Assembly (NCBI GenBank): GCA_977030845.1
Contig: OZ365110.1
Location: 45,198,001 to 45,262,000 of the forward strand
Source of the DNA: Fimbriosthenelais zetlandica
Taxonomy: Eukaryota
Length of the DNA: 64,000 nt
Direction: 5' to 3'
The notes below the pieces were generated by a model, which was not told the DNA's origin, ran no database searches, and saw nothing but the letters and a program-made list of their open reading frames with translations. Position 1 is the stretch's first letter, and every line of letters starts with the position of its first letter. Both the position numbers and the translations under genes were made by a program. This document shows positions 14,187 to 28,411 of this stretch, in pieces.

Positions 14187-17100
14187 CGCCGTTTAGTGAA
14201 CGGGGTTCTATATGATGTATGCCTGTCTAGCCGTAGATAGGGTGTGGTCTCTGAAGTGGGGAAAAGTGGGGAGGAAGTGGGTGTGGAAGAGGAGGAGGGA
14301 GGGGGAGTGGGAAGGGTAGGGGGTTATTCTGTAATAGAGGGGTGCCCTGAAAGCTTGCCTCACATGACTACATGGGCCCTAGTCACCCAACGAGAGAGCC
14401 TCTACCTCCCCAACCCCCAACTCCAAAGCTGACGCCAGGGAATCAATAGATTCTTATTTCTCATTTCAGTGCATCAGCCCCTCATGCAAAATGAATCGCA
14501 ACTAGGGAATTGTTCGCCTTTGAAGTCTTTCACTACACATTTTCCATCGCGCTCCGGCGAGACTGCCACTAGCGCCGCCCTATTGACTGATCATTCAACT
14601 ATTGATGTGATGATTGATTTTCAAAGTGAACGCACAACACTTTTTCTCCGCGTTTCAACGCACAAATCATCACCACCGCCGACTTGCTCATATTAAAATA
14701 TAGCAGCAATAAAGGCTCATAATTTTTCATTCTACCTTTTTCCAGCTCAGTGACGAAAACTTAGGAATAATGGACATTGTACACATAACAATGATCAGCC
14801 ATGATGACTTCGCTCTACGTGTCCATTGACATTGGAAATCATCTCCCCCGTTCCATCCACAAATGAATACATATAATATTCAGGCAAACTTTCGAATCCA
14901 ACTATTTAACAGTTGGGCAGATCGAATGTGTCGGCTAGAGTGGAATAGTGACTGGAACTGGAGACATTGAATTTGACGTTGGGAACACACGCGACCCCTA
15001 ACGTCTAGACAGTTAATCGCGTGGACACGGAGAAGAATGCACGCACTCTAACTGTTCGTAATTACTTTAATTAACTTTTACACATTAATATTTTACGCCT
15101 TTTATCTGGTGGAGAATGCGGGCGCCCAAAAACTGACGCCTTTGGTGTGCTGCTATGGCTGACAGGATGGCAGTCACAATGCAAAATGTATTACTAAAAT
15201 AGATAACTTGAAAGATCAGAAAGAAAATTGATATGGTCCAAAACGTGATGAATTAAGGAAGGGCCGCAAGTCATTTATTTATTAATTTACCATAAATTCT
15301 CAATGGATCAACAAGTTATGAGCCGATTTCTACCATATTTTACTTTGGTATTGCGCTTATTACTAACCTCCTAGGTCGTACTTGAAAAACCACTCAAGAG
15401 ATGTAAATTTGAGCTGGCACAGATGGAATCACCAAGGCGAGTTGTCAAGGCAACAAAGTGTCGTGCAATTTAAGACATAGTATTTTATATGACCAGGTAA
15501 GGAGCCAGGTAACCTTTGTAACAGGTAGGTTCATAATATTACATACCTAGCTATACACATAGGTCTATATGACATTCTAGGTTCAATAATATGACAATGT
15601 AATGAAATCATATGAGATATGAAGACTGCATGTGTGTCAATTTCTGATGGCATAGAGAATGGTTCGTGAATACAGGTATGATGAATTTCTTTGTCGACAA
15701 CCATTCTTGTTCCCATACAATGGGAATAATAGGTGAAGAATCTGTTAGTGTTAATCCAGGTCGACGATAGTGAGTACATACAATCATGTGGGGTATCTTT
15801 GATACGAACAGGGAAACTGATAGGATGCTCTATTCAGGTGGGCCAAGGTGGAAAATGTAATAGGAGCATGTGACATTGATCAAGGGGATAAAGGATTTCT
15901 CCACTGTCCCTATCTTTTCTCTTCTAGCCCCACTATTCTCGCTCTCCCTTCCTCTCTCTGCCTCCGTTTCTCCATCGCTCTCGATCCCTGTGAGGCCAAA
16001 GTAATTCCAACCGGAATATTTATAGAGTAATTATTTAATTTCCGATAACATGTACTTAGTTGCCTGAGCTAAAACTGAACTCGGCCTCACCTTTTATGAT
16101 CCAAGAAACTTGAGAATTCCTACACCGATAATAAATGGCGGGTTACAGATGGTTCCGTCCTTTTACTTTGGAGACCAAAAGGTTTTATGAGGACAAGTAA
16201 AAAAAAGAATCCGCGTGCTTCACATGATCTCCTAATACCAAGCTAAAATTCATCACAAAAGGATAAAGCAACCCGGGGGCATTGTTCTTTGTTATAGGAA
16301 ACCCAATGTGTCAAAGTATAGAGGAAGAAAACAAAGTCTACCTCCAGCTAGCATCAAGGAGAAATGTCAATGTGTGCAATAACATGAAAATGTCATGTCA
16401 AAGGCGGGAGGTGGGGGGAAGCAACGCCTTTTAAACAGTATAGCTCGAGGCAGCCAGATAATGGACGCTCTTCCCTTATGCACATGTCATCTGATCATTT
16501 CAAAATAGGTATCCACGACTCAAAGGCACCAAGGTAAGCACTCCAGGGGAAACGACTCTACTGAGGCCTTCCATGTGAAGCATGCAATGGTGCGAGCCAT
16601 ATATAAATCCTAGAGTATCTTGAACTTGGTACAAGAGGATGTCAGAGAGGTAACCGGGCTCGAGATCCCTTTTAAGTCAGTCCACATATGGTAGAATATC
16701 ATCTTTCCAAAATGATATTTCAATGAATTGATATACCTAACAATGGACTGGAAAAAAAGACGTTTAAAAATCATTAAAAAAATAATAATAAAGTATGCCA
16801 CATTTAGAGCAAAAATGGTTTGAATGGATCCAAATAAATTTATACTGAAAGGAGACGTTGATACCATTAAGTAATGAACTGATCCTAGATACCAATTAGA
16901 GTAGTTGTCAGAGTAACGTACATGAGTGATAAGGATGCATCTTCACAGAAGGTTGACCTTGACGGGAGATATACCACAAGAAATTCTTTAACCGTTATCA
17001 TAGGCATGGAACAATATCAAAGCCAAATACATGTACATGTATTCTCTCAATGAGGAACTGAACCACCCTGGCAGCGCTCCCTTCCCCGCCACCACCCCTC

Positions 17101-20100
17101 ACGTGTATATTGTTACGCCAGCTTACAGAATGAGACAAAGATCAAAGACGTGATCCAGCCTGTGACGTCACGAGAAGTGATGATCCAGCGTCCAGTCGAT
17201 GACGTAAATCCGGTAAAGGCAGCGTGGAGAAAAGTAAATCCTCCATAAAGGGGGGGAAACCAAGAAAGAAGAGGGGGATCGGCCACTACATTGCATGATG
17301 GAAAAGTGGGTGACTGGTATAGATTTTGGCAGGCACTGGAGACAGTGACTATAGGAATAACTAGGACAAATATAGAGGTTAGGCATCCAGTATGTCTCAA
17401 CTTCCAAGTCGGTATAAATAAGTGAGGAGGTAAAAGCAGGCCACCCGCTGTGGTATACAATATCATACGAACCCTTATAAATGTGGTAATTCAATTCCAC
17501 AATGATCAGTCAATCCAATCATTATAATTATATTATATGATAAACAAAATTTCTTGTTAAGAAAAGCAGGGGAAAATCCACTAAAATATAATTTGATAAA
17601 CACAAGTGTTTGGAACGGTAACCATGCGGACAAAAGGTACGAATTTCAATTGCTTCTCTATAATATCCAACATTGAATCGAGCCTGAAAATCAATCAAAT
17701 TCCAGTGAATCAGAGAGAAACTTATATCTCGTAGAATGTTCGTACCAAATAAAAGCATGGGGTTGGTAAAGTAGGCAGCCTGTGTGCCCCTTCGTAAGGC
17801 ATGTAAACCGTGACTATATAAGAGAACCCGGGGTGTTGTAAAACACACAAGACAATAAAAACTTTTATCCCAGCCTGGCGTCAAATGAACCGACGGACGT
17901 GCAGACACGCGACCCAGAAGGTTAGAACAAGCCTGTACCATTCAGATAGATGGGTGGCTGGCTTATCCTGGGCATTTCTCCTGCTACCTTCATTATTTTC
18001 AAAATGTTCATTATTTGGCATTACATGTACTTAATAATGACAAATCATTCATAACTGCATTAATTTACGAATTTAAATAAATGGAGAGATTTCTTTGATT
18101 TTCTTCCCATCTTTTCAGGGCGCAACGTATACCGTATTACATGATTCAGAACCGATCGGTGCAACCACGTTAAAACAAATATACAAGTAGAATGATGCAA
18201 GTCTATTGCATGTTTTGGTCAGGAGCCTATAGTCCGCCTTGACCCGTACCGGGTGGAGTACACCGGGTCCGGTAGACCTGCTGTAGGCAGCGGGGGCTTC
18301 CATAAACCTACCAGTATGGCCATAAAAAAACACGGGCCTTCCATCACGCCAAGTGAAATCTTACCCAACCTGCTACAAGCCACACACTCCATATACTGCT
18401 CACATATCACAGTGTAAACAGGGCATTAGAGATACACTCCCGCCAAGTGACTAATGCAAAACCATCTCTTTAAAGCGACAATTTAACCTTGTATATCTGA
18501 ACAAGAAATATAAAGTACATAAAAGAAGAAAACATGACTTAAAATATATATGTGATATACGGGAAAACCACAAACACCTGCGATGGAGAAAATGAAAGAA
18601 AGAAATGAAAGAAACCATATGATATGATTTTAGTACGATCAAACGGTCAATAACTTCAATATTTAAAATCTAGACAGTAAATTATCATTATGAAAGTCTA
18701 CAAAGGAACCGCCCCCCCCCCCCCTGCACCCCCGCCAATTCACTCAACATCAATGAGTTCCCCTCTTACATGAGAAGTCATATTCTCCTCCAGACATGAA
18801 AGAAAAACAAAACCTTTGTCCTTGAAACTAGTCCAAATGGTGTAGTTCAGCTTCACCCCTTTCTCTGCTCCATTCCCCCTCCCTTTTTCCAACCGGGTAC
18901 AAAGCATCCTCTGTTGGTGCAAAAACATATAAAAAGCAAAAAGGGAGCGAGTAGCAAGCGCTTTACGTCTGTCTTGCTCTTTGTCTGTCCCTCTGGGACA
19001 TTATATCTGATATAATTGTATTTCTGAAAGCTTGGAATCTAATGGTATACAAGTGAGCAACTGTTCTTCTCAATTTTAAAATTATTTCGCTTAAAAGCTG
19101 TCGCTCCTCCGTAGGATTTTCGTTGGCCTCCAGTAAAGATCGGGAGAGGTTGTCAAGGTGAGCTGTGAGCATCTCTGACAACCAGAAAGGAAAGAGGGTC
19201 ATGTAATGTTAACGGTATGTTGTGACAGGTATTCTAACTAAACTGGACTTTGATCACAACATAACCGTGTATTCAACCTATGAACATCCACGTTCACGTT
19301 TATGATTGACACATTTTATAGGTTGAACAGACCAGAGCGTTTTTGTGTTCGGGCTCATGGCGTGGGTGACTCTTTCTAGACACACCTGATTGGCCTGTCT
19401 CTTTGTGTACCGCTAGCCAAAATAGTGCACGCCTAAATGAAGCAAATGCATAGCCTCTGCGCCTCGATAACAAATCTAATTGTTGTGCTAAATTGCTGGC
19501 CATGTTTGACAAGTAAAACGCAAGTAATAACAACCGTTCACTGTCTGTTCAAGCCATTAAATAATCATATTTATCTGTAGCATTATGTACATCGTAAAGC
19601 TCCCATCCACAAGCCCCCACCTTAAATTCCCAGGTACCATTGACTTCACAAAATAGCCAACTCGTGGACCCCTTTGTACCCATGGAATATCAAACCTGTA
19701 GTTTCCGTGGGTGACATATTATATGCTTGGTGCATGTCAGTTGCTCAAACTCAAAGGTCCATTAGCGTGCATGTCCAGGGCATAGAAATCAGTAAAATTG
19801 GCATATCTTATTTCTGGTTATAATATCCTGCCATGCACAGTGTATTCGGAATCAACTTGCACGTTTCACGCACAAAATGCAGGAGAAAACCTCATCCTTT
19901 TTGTGTGAAGTTCGTGTCGATTATGGTGATACTAAGAATATTTGTGGCATTATTATAGAATATTCTGGTAATCTAAGACTTGTGGCATAATAATGACAAT
20001 ACCCATACATTAGCCCTTGGTAAGCCAATGGAGAAAATGTAGCATCCTCATCTTGTGAATCAGGCCCCAGGACTGGCTCATGTTCACCCACACTCTTCCT

Positions 20101-21595
20101 TGGCTTGGGGACTGGGCACTGAGTGTGTGTGTGACCGAAGGCTCAACGTAAATGTTGTGTGCTTCTTTGAACCTATCATGGAAGTAGGATCCATAGAAGG
20201 TCTGACATCAAAGTGATAGGGATGTGAACCTGGGGGTGGGTGGGGGGGGGTATGGGTAGGGGTAGGGGTAGGGGATGGGAACAGGGATAGAGAAGGAGAA
20301 GGGCGCGTTAGACCCACTTGTTAGACCCACATATAAAGGGCACCTATTAGCATGTGACTATATAGGGACTCCTGTCTACCGAAATCTCCATAACAGAAAT
20401 CAATAAGACAAGGTATATATCGCTATGCACTTAATCCTTTACATGTACAAGTTCAGTTATGCATTGTTGACAAATGAAAACAAGGGTAAAGTAAACATTT
20501 TGCGTGTTGTTTCTTTGAGAAATATTAGTATCCCTTTCATCATATGATTTTGCCTGTCAATAACAGAGATATGGCGAATGATCAACTAGTGTTAGCTCTA
20601 GTAAATCACTCAGTCTCTTCTCATCTCGACGATATTGAGAAGAATCAAAATGAAGCTCCGTGGTCCTGATTTCGGAAGCCGAAGCAACCACGCAGTAACC
20701 CCACCAGTCGCCCCATACATACCGGTTACATGTGGCCAGATAAGGTGGGGGTTGCAATAATGAAGCCGTTCATATTTCTACGGCAGAGATTAGCGCTTTG
20801 ATGTAGTAGTAAGCGGGAAAATAACGACATCTCACAGGGGATCCGGTGGCCGAGAGATCATGAAATGTCTGGAATATTCTCCCCATAAACTGGCCCTCAT
20901 GAATGTGGGGGCCACTGCTCCTGGCTAAATCATGCCTCAGTGGGCCCTATCGGAGCAAGTTTCTCGTAACGAGTCCCCAACCAAAACTCTCCATGAATAG
21001 CAAATATAGTCCATGTCGCCACTAGATATGCTTCATACCTCCCGATGAAATAACATCAGAATCACAAAAAAGAGAGTTGATTATCTATAACGTTAACCCT
21101 CCTAATTCATTGAGTAAACTCAATTTGAATATATCGTTTCAGGGGGTTTATTTCTCATTTCTGATTATTTCTGGGATAGACATGTGAAAGTCTACAGTCC
21201 ACAGTCAAGTGGCGTCGCTGGGGCGAGCAGCTCTGATATGCATAACTTGTAGCTAAGAGTTAACGCTTTGGAAGAAGAGATTCATTTCGGACCTGCCTTT
21301 CAGATGATCCAGTGAATAATAATATTGTGATCATAGCAAGGGCAATGACCATGTTAATATTTCACTGATTTAAAACAGGGCCAGATGATTTTCAAAACTC
21401 GAGTAGCATATTTGAGACCAGGGGCCTGTTTCATAGAAAAACAGCCCTGATGCCTAATCTAGTTATGCAAGTGATCTATAGATATATAGAGAGATCAGAT
21501 ACATTAACAAGATATCCTCCCACATCCTCCCTCCCTGCATGTACATGTACATCGATATCACTGGTACACAAAGGTGAAAATGATAAGTGGCTGGC

Positions 21596-21617
21596 GAGAG
21601 AGAGTGAGTGAGTGAGT

Positions 21618-21688
<71 letters not shown>
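21596..21688. repeat. compound (GAGT)n-(GA)n microsatellite
   Basis: About 5 GAGT units followed by more than 30 GA units. Confidence 0.95.
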
Positions 21689-21694
<6 letters not shown>

Positions 21695-23634
21695 AGATAG
21701 AGAGGATAGGAGACAGGAGATGGACAGAAGAAGGGAGAGCGAGAGAGAAAGAGGACAGAAGCGGTAGAGATTAAAGACAGAACCAGGCTGTGTGGTGCCG
21801 GCAAGCTTATGACGAAGCTCTCTTTCCTCTCGTCGAGGTAGCTCAGTGTACGGGTTGATAATCTTCACAATGGCGGCGAGCATCGAGTTAAATATGGCTG
21901 CTCTTCATGTACTCTACACAGCTCATCTCTTCAAGGCAATGTGACCACACCTTCCCTTGCAATTCCATTTATTGATGTTTCCCGACCCAATCATTAGCAT
22001 CATCTTCTAAGGCAGGCCTTAATGCATGTGATTAATAGAACCATACTATAAAGGCATGTAGGCCTATATATGTCAATGGGGATCATCATATATGATCTAC
22101 ACATGCAGGTGGTGGACAGGTATTAATGTATGTATATATAGGTAACATTAAGGATAATTGGGGGTGGGCTTCACCAGTCAACCTGCTCTCACCTGGCCAT
22201 CAGAGCTGTGTATATTACTCACCAATTGCCTGTACACATGGAAATATATGACAGGTGCGCAGCGGGTGCCGTGTAACTTACAGGCTTTTGTATTATATGT
22301 ACAATATACATACACCAGGACCACATGCATAGGTTGATATGGAAACAATAATTAAACAGCTATATAAGCAATCACGTCAATATGTCAAGAAGGGTGGTTG
22401 GCTACTCAATTTAGACTGTGAATGAAGGCTTCCTAAGTCTAAAAGATACCGATTGGGGATTTTTCCCACGGAGTTTCTCATAAAGTGTTTAGATAATTGT
22501 AGGTAATATGTATGTGGAGGTTGGGAGTGTACAATAGGTTACCGCCACGCTGTGAGATCAGAGGTTGAAGAAATACAATACCTCACTCATCAGGATACAC
22601 AGGCTTTTTACGCATCAAAGTGTAGAGCTGATTCAAAGCAATATTTGAAACATTAAAAGCTGGCTCATATAATTCCCAATAAGTTACCTAACAAATGGCC
22701 TTCAAAGGCTGGGGTTCAGGGCTCGCCAACTTGCTCAGTAAAAATTGCTCAGAACTCTAAGCATTTTTCCCACCTATGAAAATGGCATTTACTGGAAAAC
22801 CATTAATCTTGAATATTTCTGTCAACTAGCCCCAAGTGGATGATCAAATGTTTTCTGCTTTCCTATTTTAACCGAGACTGTGGCAGAAGTCAACTAGATA
22901 CAGGAGCTTCCCGCATAATCAAGTGGACAAGCAGCGCCAGGGTATCAAGATAATACTGCCATCTAGTGACTGTTTACCGCTTCAATGTGCTTTACCTTTC
23001 TGAACTCAAGTAGAAAGGCCATAAACACCCATATACTGCGGCAGTAAACTTCAATATCAGTCATAATTGCGTCATTATGAAGCAAAGGCGAAGTATGGCA
23101 AGGAGGAGTGCCTAACTGAAGGTTATAGTATAAAACCATACGCGCGTCTAGAGCATACTAAAATAAATATGTTTTTGAAACACTATCCTAACTAGTTGAC
23201 TTGATCAATTTCCTTAAGGTCATTTGAGAAATACATATGTAGAATGGATTTCCTAAACACAGTATAAAATTTATAGTAAATTTCCATATCAATTACTTCA
23301 GACAAAGGTAGCAGCCATACCTTTCATGTAGCCATTTTCTATTTCATTAGACTTACAACTTTTTTTTTAGATTTTTAGATTTTTTTTAGAAGAAAGCCAA
23401 GCATACATTGATAACTTCCAGGTGCGATTTTCTCTCATATTTCTTTTTTAAGAGGGGAGATGATTCCCAGAAGATTTAGTTCATTGCAACGTGAGGAATG
23501 CACTTTACATCCCATGACCTACTGGAACCCTTAGCCCGGCCAGCAAATCAAATACTCACCGCTCACCAGTTAAGATAGAGAAACATAAAACAAGAAGATA
23601 AGAGAAAAGAGAATGGAGAAGAAATACAACTTAC

Positions 23635-23801
23635 CTGTTTTCTTCTATTTTCTGTCTTTTCCTAGCCTTTTCTTCTTCTGTCAGGATGTATTCTTTTCGC
23701 ATGCCTATCTCAAAGCATTTTCGCAATCGACACCGTTTGCAAAATCTGCGATTTGATATGTCCATCTTGCACTTCTCGTCATAGGGGCACTTGAAATAAT
23801 C
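23635..23801 (-). CDS. HR96: HR96/NR1J-like nuclear receptor, second zinc-finger exon (167 nt)
   Basis: Acceptor TTTTCTTCCCCAG|GAT and donor AG|GTAAGT. It encodes DYFKCPYDEKCKMDISNRRFCKRCRLRKCFEIGMRKEYILTEEEKARKRQKIEEN, the second C4 finger plus C-terminal extension, closely resembling Drosophila HR96 as I recall it. Confidence 0.95.
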
Positions 23802-24524
23802 CTGGGGAAGAAAATTGCAAAAATTTAGATTCGGTTTCATTTAAAAAACATTTGTACTATACAGAGAATCTGATAACTGAATAACTTTAGGACACGAAGA
23901 GGTCATGTCAATTTTTAAAAGGTCATTCTCTAGTCTACCTGTATTGAGCAGTTTTTAGAATCAGATTTATGCTGAAAAATCGAATTCCATCCATGAAAGG
24001 TCCGGAAAGGGGACCAAAAATCAAATATCTCATTGAAATTACCTGCCCCATTCACGTCACTTCACAACATTAACTAACCAAGAAAGATATTGATCCGCTA
24101 TTGAAGAGATCAAACAAGGGCCCGAACAAGTAAGCATTTCAATTCTATATTTAGGATGATCATTCCAATTCCAATTCATGAAGGGTTTTGAAACGGGAGT
24201 GGCGGTGCCAATATTTACCAGTGTGATATTTCAAAAGGTCAACACACCACTGCCTCTAGCGTTTACAAGCTAGCGTGGCAAACGACCAAGTGTTCCATGT
24301 TGCCATGGTTACATACCCAGCTTCCTGGTTAAGGCGACAAAAAAGAGATAGAAATGAGGGACTATATCTGTGAAATGCTGTCACGAGGTGAACAACCGTA
24401 ATGTCATATATTAATATGTGTCTCTCCGTTCTTTGAAGACACCCATGTACCTGAATGGCAGTCGACAACTAGGTGTCAATACAATTGTTAATGAATTCCT
24501 TGTAGACGTCTCTAGCAAGTGAAA

Positions 24525-24530
<6 letters not shown>

Positions 24531-24588
<58 letters not shown>

Positions 24589-24713
24589 TGTGGAAAGAGA
24601 TTGGTAGGGGCTGCAGGGGAAAGGCAGTAACAGTTGACAAATTAATATATCAGAGAGGGGAGGGTGGGGGGGGGGGGTTTGAAGGGAGGGTGGGGGGGGG
24701 GGGGGGGGGGGGG
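24531..24713. repeat. 55-nt poly(A) run followed by G-runs
   Basis: A55 at 24531-24585 and long G tracts at 24657-24713. Confidence 0.9.
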
Positions 24714-25355
24714 AAGACCGAAGACACAGAAGAGAAATAATCATTATGAAGGTGGATCTAACTACACCATTCTTCACAGGGTAATAATATACAATGGATG
24801 CATTTGTGATCAGAGAATGACAATAATGTTGTCAGTGTATAGAAAAGGCGGTCAATGATGGCCTTGCCAGTTCTGGACAAACGCCAGCAAACACCTGACA
24901 CACATATCAGAGGAGAGATGAAGAGGAGGTTGAGACTGAGATATGTTGACAAGCGTGTACGGGATGGTCGGTAACTCTTACCATCCATTTAAACTGCTTT
25001 TTTCCCCAATTCTCATGCATTAGATACTGTCACAAATAGGTAGGATGACCTCACTCCAATGGCAAGTATTCCTCAATCCAGAGACAAAGTTCTTCCCTTG
25101 GTCATGCGGGGTTCCAATCCACCTCGAAAAGGTAGGTATGCACAAAACAACTCCATTTTTTTTAGCCATATAATGCTATTATTTGTATCGTTTCTCATAC
25201 AGGGCATAAATTTCCTGAATGTCTTGGTGATCCCGCCCACCTCCTTGCGCCCATTAGTGAAGGTCAGTGCTGAGTGAACTCTGATAGGATAATGATGGGG
25301 ATAAGGATGGTTTATGAGGGGCCTTCACAGAGCAAGAAGCCAGCCTCAGGCTGCG

Positions 25356-25705
25356 ACTCATACCACACTCCAGTCACATTCACAGGGTGAGTAGCGAGCC
25401 TTACATTTGGCATCAACTCATACCCTGCCCCAGTCACATTCACAGGGTGAGTAGCGAGCCTTACATTTGGCATCAACTCATACCCTGCCCCAGTCACATT
25501 CACAGGGTGAGTAGCGAGCCTTAGATGTGGCATCAACTCATACCCTGCTCCAGCCACATTCACAGGGTGAGTAGCGAGCCTTAGATGTGGCATCAACTCA
25601 TACCCTGCTCCAGCCACATTCACAGGGTGAATAGCGAGCCTTAGATGTGACATCAACTCGTATACCCTGCTCCAGCCACATTTCAGAGCAAGTGTAGCCA
25701 GCCTT
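25356..25705. repeat. 60-bp minisatellite, about 5.7 copies, in the intron between the zinc-finger exons
   Basis: Unit ACTCATACCCTGCTCCAGCCACATTCACAGGGTGAGTAGCGAGCCTTAGATGTGGCATCA starts at 25356, 25416, 25476, 25536, 25596 and 25656. Confidence 0.95.
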
Positions 25706-28112
25706 ATATATATTAGGCCTAGATGTGACACCAGGAAAAAACTAATAAAGTAGCAATGGCAAAATACTCATGAAGGCACCTTTTCCAGCTTATCAGCAGG
25801 ACCATATTTTAGCCGACTAAACCATCCATTGTTTTCACCAAAGAATACAATAATCAGATAACATCTTCAAACATCCCCACTAACGAGAAATACTGCTGCC
25901 TATCTTTCCTCTTCTTAATGTTGGAGACAAGCCCTAGCGGAAAGGGCGCAAGTTGCAACCCACTCAATATCCATCCCTACCTGATGTAATGGGGAGATGA
26001 GGGGCATAAATCGTGGGCAGGGGACCAGTAAAGCACCTCCAAAGACAGGTACTGGTACCGCGGCTATCTGATCCAGGCCTTTTTTGCCCAGTCTTTCCTT
26101 GCCACATCTGTGTTTTATGTGGCAAGGTAATTAAGTCGTTTGAATTATCGATGGTAACGTGCTGTAATTATGCTGCAGCGTTCACAAGCCATCGCCATGA
26201 TCCAAATGAAAGCATGATCATACATGATTCTATATAAGATTATCCCAATGGAATGGGCAAAACTACATGGAGTAATATACCATTGCAGGAACTGACATAC
26301 CAAAGATAATTATGGTATTTAATTCATTTGGAAGTTCCCCTAAATCTATAGAAGGATACCTCAGATACAAAAACCTTCTCTAAACCAGAGGTTTTATAAT
26401 GTGCCTCAATGTACTTCAGTGAACCTATTCAGTACGTCATTCTAACAGTATACCTCCAACAGGTTTCTCCACAAACGCTGCTTTAAATACAACCATCAAC
26501 TAATGAAGATGGAATTGATGAACAATTATACTTTGTAATACACATCTCTAATTAGGAGTGAAAGTATCATAAATACTAGTTCCCATTTTTTTTTTTGTAT
26601 CTACACAGAAACATGTGTCTTTAGTTGAAATGCTGGTCAGCGGGGAGTTTATGTTAGTCTTGAAGAAGCAGTAGAGGAGGGTCTATATTTAACCAAGTAC
26701 AAATTTATGAAGACAGTTGTGTGGGTTAAAAGTCGGGAGGGAAGGGAAGATTGGTCCTGTTTTGATGTTAATGAAGGCTGAGGTTGAATGACCTACTGAG
26801 AGTACAGAAAGGACATTGAGGGTATAATCTTTTACCTTCCTGAAACTCGCAGATAACAACCCACCAACTACAAAATCCATATTAGTTTAGAACCACTAAA
26901 TATCATTTGGCTTCATGTCCAATTATTAGGTGAAAGAATCCAAACTATGAATTAGCTTCCAAGTATTCACGCAGAAACCAGATGTTGCCTACGGCTTCGA
27001 CATATTGCAACATATGAATATTACATAATAATTGCGATATGAATCAAAATAATTTCACGCTCTGTTCCTGAGATGAATGCCAGTAATTTAGAGGGAGGAA
27101 GCCATGGCAATAGCTCTGGTATATCAGCCAAGCGTGCAATATCTACACAGGGCAGAGTTCACTGCTCGAGCCTTAATGAGAGACGCGGGCAAATGCACAC
27201 ATGAAAAGCGTCATCAAAGCATGAGAGGGTGTGACAAAGTAAGTAAATATTGTCAATCATTATTCATTCTCGCCAAACGCATTGTGACAGGGGAGGTGTA
27301 GGGGAGATGAGGCGAGTCGAGCTTCAACAAATTGATATACACCTTATTGTATGTAGTTAAAATGGCAAGAGCAAGATATCTTGCTCTAAGTTTAACTTAA
27401 TAAGGATCTAGAAAAGTCTACGATAATAGTTCCATGGTCTTGTTAATTAAGTAGAGTGATGTCAATAGGAAACAACAAAAAAACTGAAGCAAAGCAACAG
27501 GAATCAGTTACTAGCGTTCTGAAAATCCCCCAGGGAGCATTTTTATACAGAGATTCTAAGCCCTTCCTCGTGGATGGATGTGAATAATTGAATGCCAACT
27601 TCTTGTCAGACAGGTAATGATTGATGCTTTTAGTTGACGCAGCTGATAAATCGCTCACTGACTTGTAACCTGCTAACCTGCAAGACATCCTCAATCTGTC
27701 TAATGATTACTGATATTAGAAACCAGGAATGAAATGCTTACATCAACGAGCTCTGTCCATTATAAAAAGAGATTACCATAAATCTATCCTCCCTTTATTA
27801 ATCTCCAGTTATGTTTTGTTGATTGAGTTGCTAATTGACGGTATTTATTATGAGTTATACATTAGGCAGATTAAACACTGGCTGGCTGCAATTAAGATAA
27901 CGTAAGGACAAAGTTCATGTCTATAGGCTTACTGCAGAAAATTAAGAAATGGGAATAAAAGGACGTGGAGATTGTCCCTGGACTGAAAATAGAAGACAGG
28001 TGCATTCCCATAAAGACCTGAAGAGATTTCTTAAATAAAGAACAACCCTAGATCATCAATTTATGATGTCGGTAGCACTTAAATGACCTCTCCCCCACAC
28101 CATTCTACTCAC

Positions 28113-28411
28113 CAAGCCTTTTGGTGCATTCCGTCGGAAGAACGCTTTGCAGGATTCACAAGAAATGGCATCGAAGTTGTATCCAAGTGCTCGGTCACCA
28201 CACACCCCACATATTTTGTCCTCTTTGTTTTTCCTCGCTCGTCCTGGTCCTTGTGTCGGGGAGGGGACACCTCCAGGTCCCATGGAGCCTGGAGGCATGC
28301 CTCCCGAGGCCCCGAGGCCTTCCAGGTAGGGCCCGTCCACCTCGACCTTGATGTCCATGTCAAGGTGATGAGGCGGCAGGTAACGCCCCACAGGCTCGCC
28401 TATATGTATCC
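28113..28411 (-). CDS. HR96: HR96/NR1J-like nuclear receptor, A/B region + first zinc-finger exon (299 nt)
   Basis: Acceptor TCTTTATCTTTTCAG|GG and donor TTG|GTGAGT. It encodes [33 protein letters not shown], whose ESCKA P-box is diagnostic of the NR1J group. The exon starts in phase 1, so an upstream exon exists (or translation starts at the internal MDIKVEV). Confidence 0.95.

Noticed and set aside
21463-24858. ORFs with poly-SL, poly-K, poly-F or poly-G runs
   Set aside because: Translations of microsatellites and homopolymers.
25040-25130. tRNA or tRNA-derived SINE head (B-box-like GGTTCCAATCC)
   Set aside because: No cloverleaf or convincing A-box, and no second copy in the window.
25312-25731. 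139-aa ORF with a 20-aa repeat
   Set aside because: Explained by a stop-free 60-bp minisatellite unit, with no splice or homology support.
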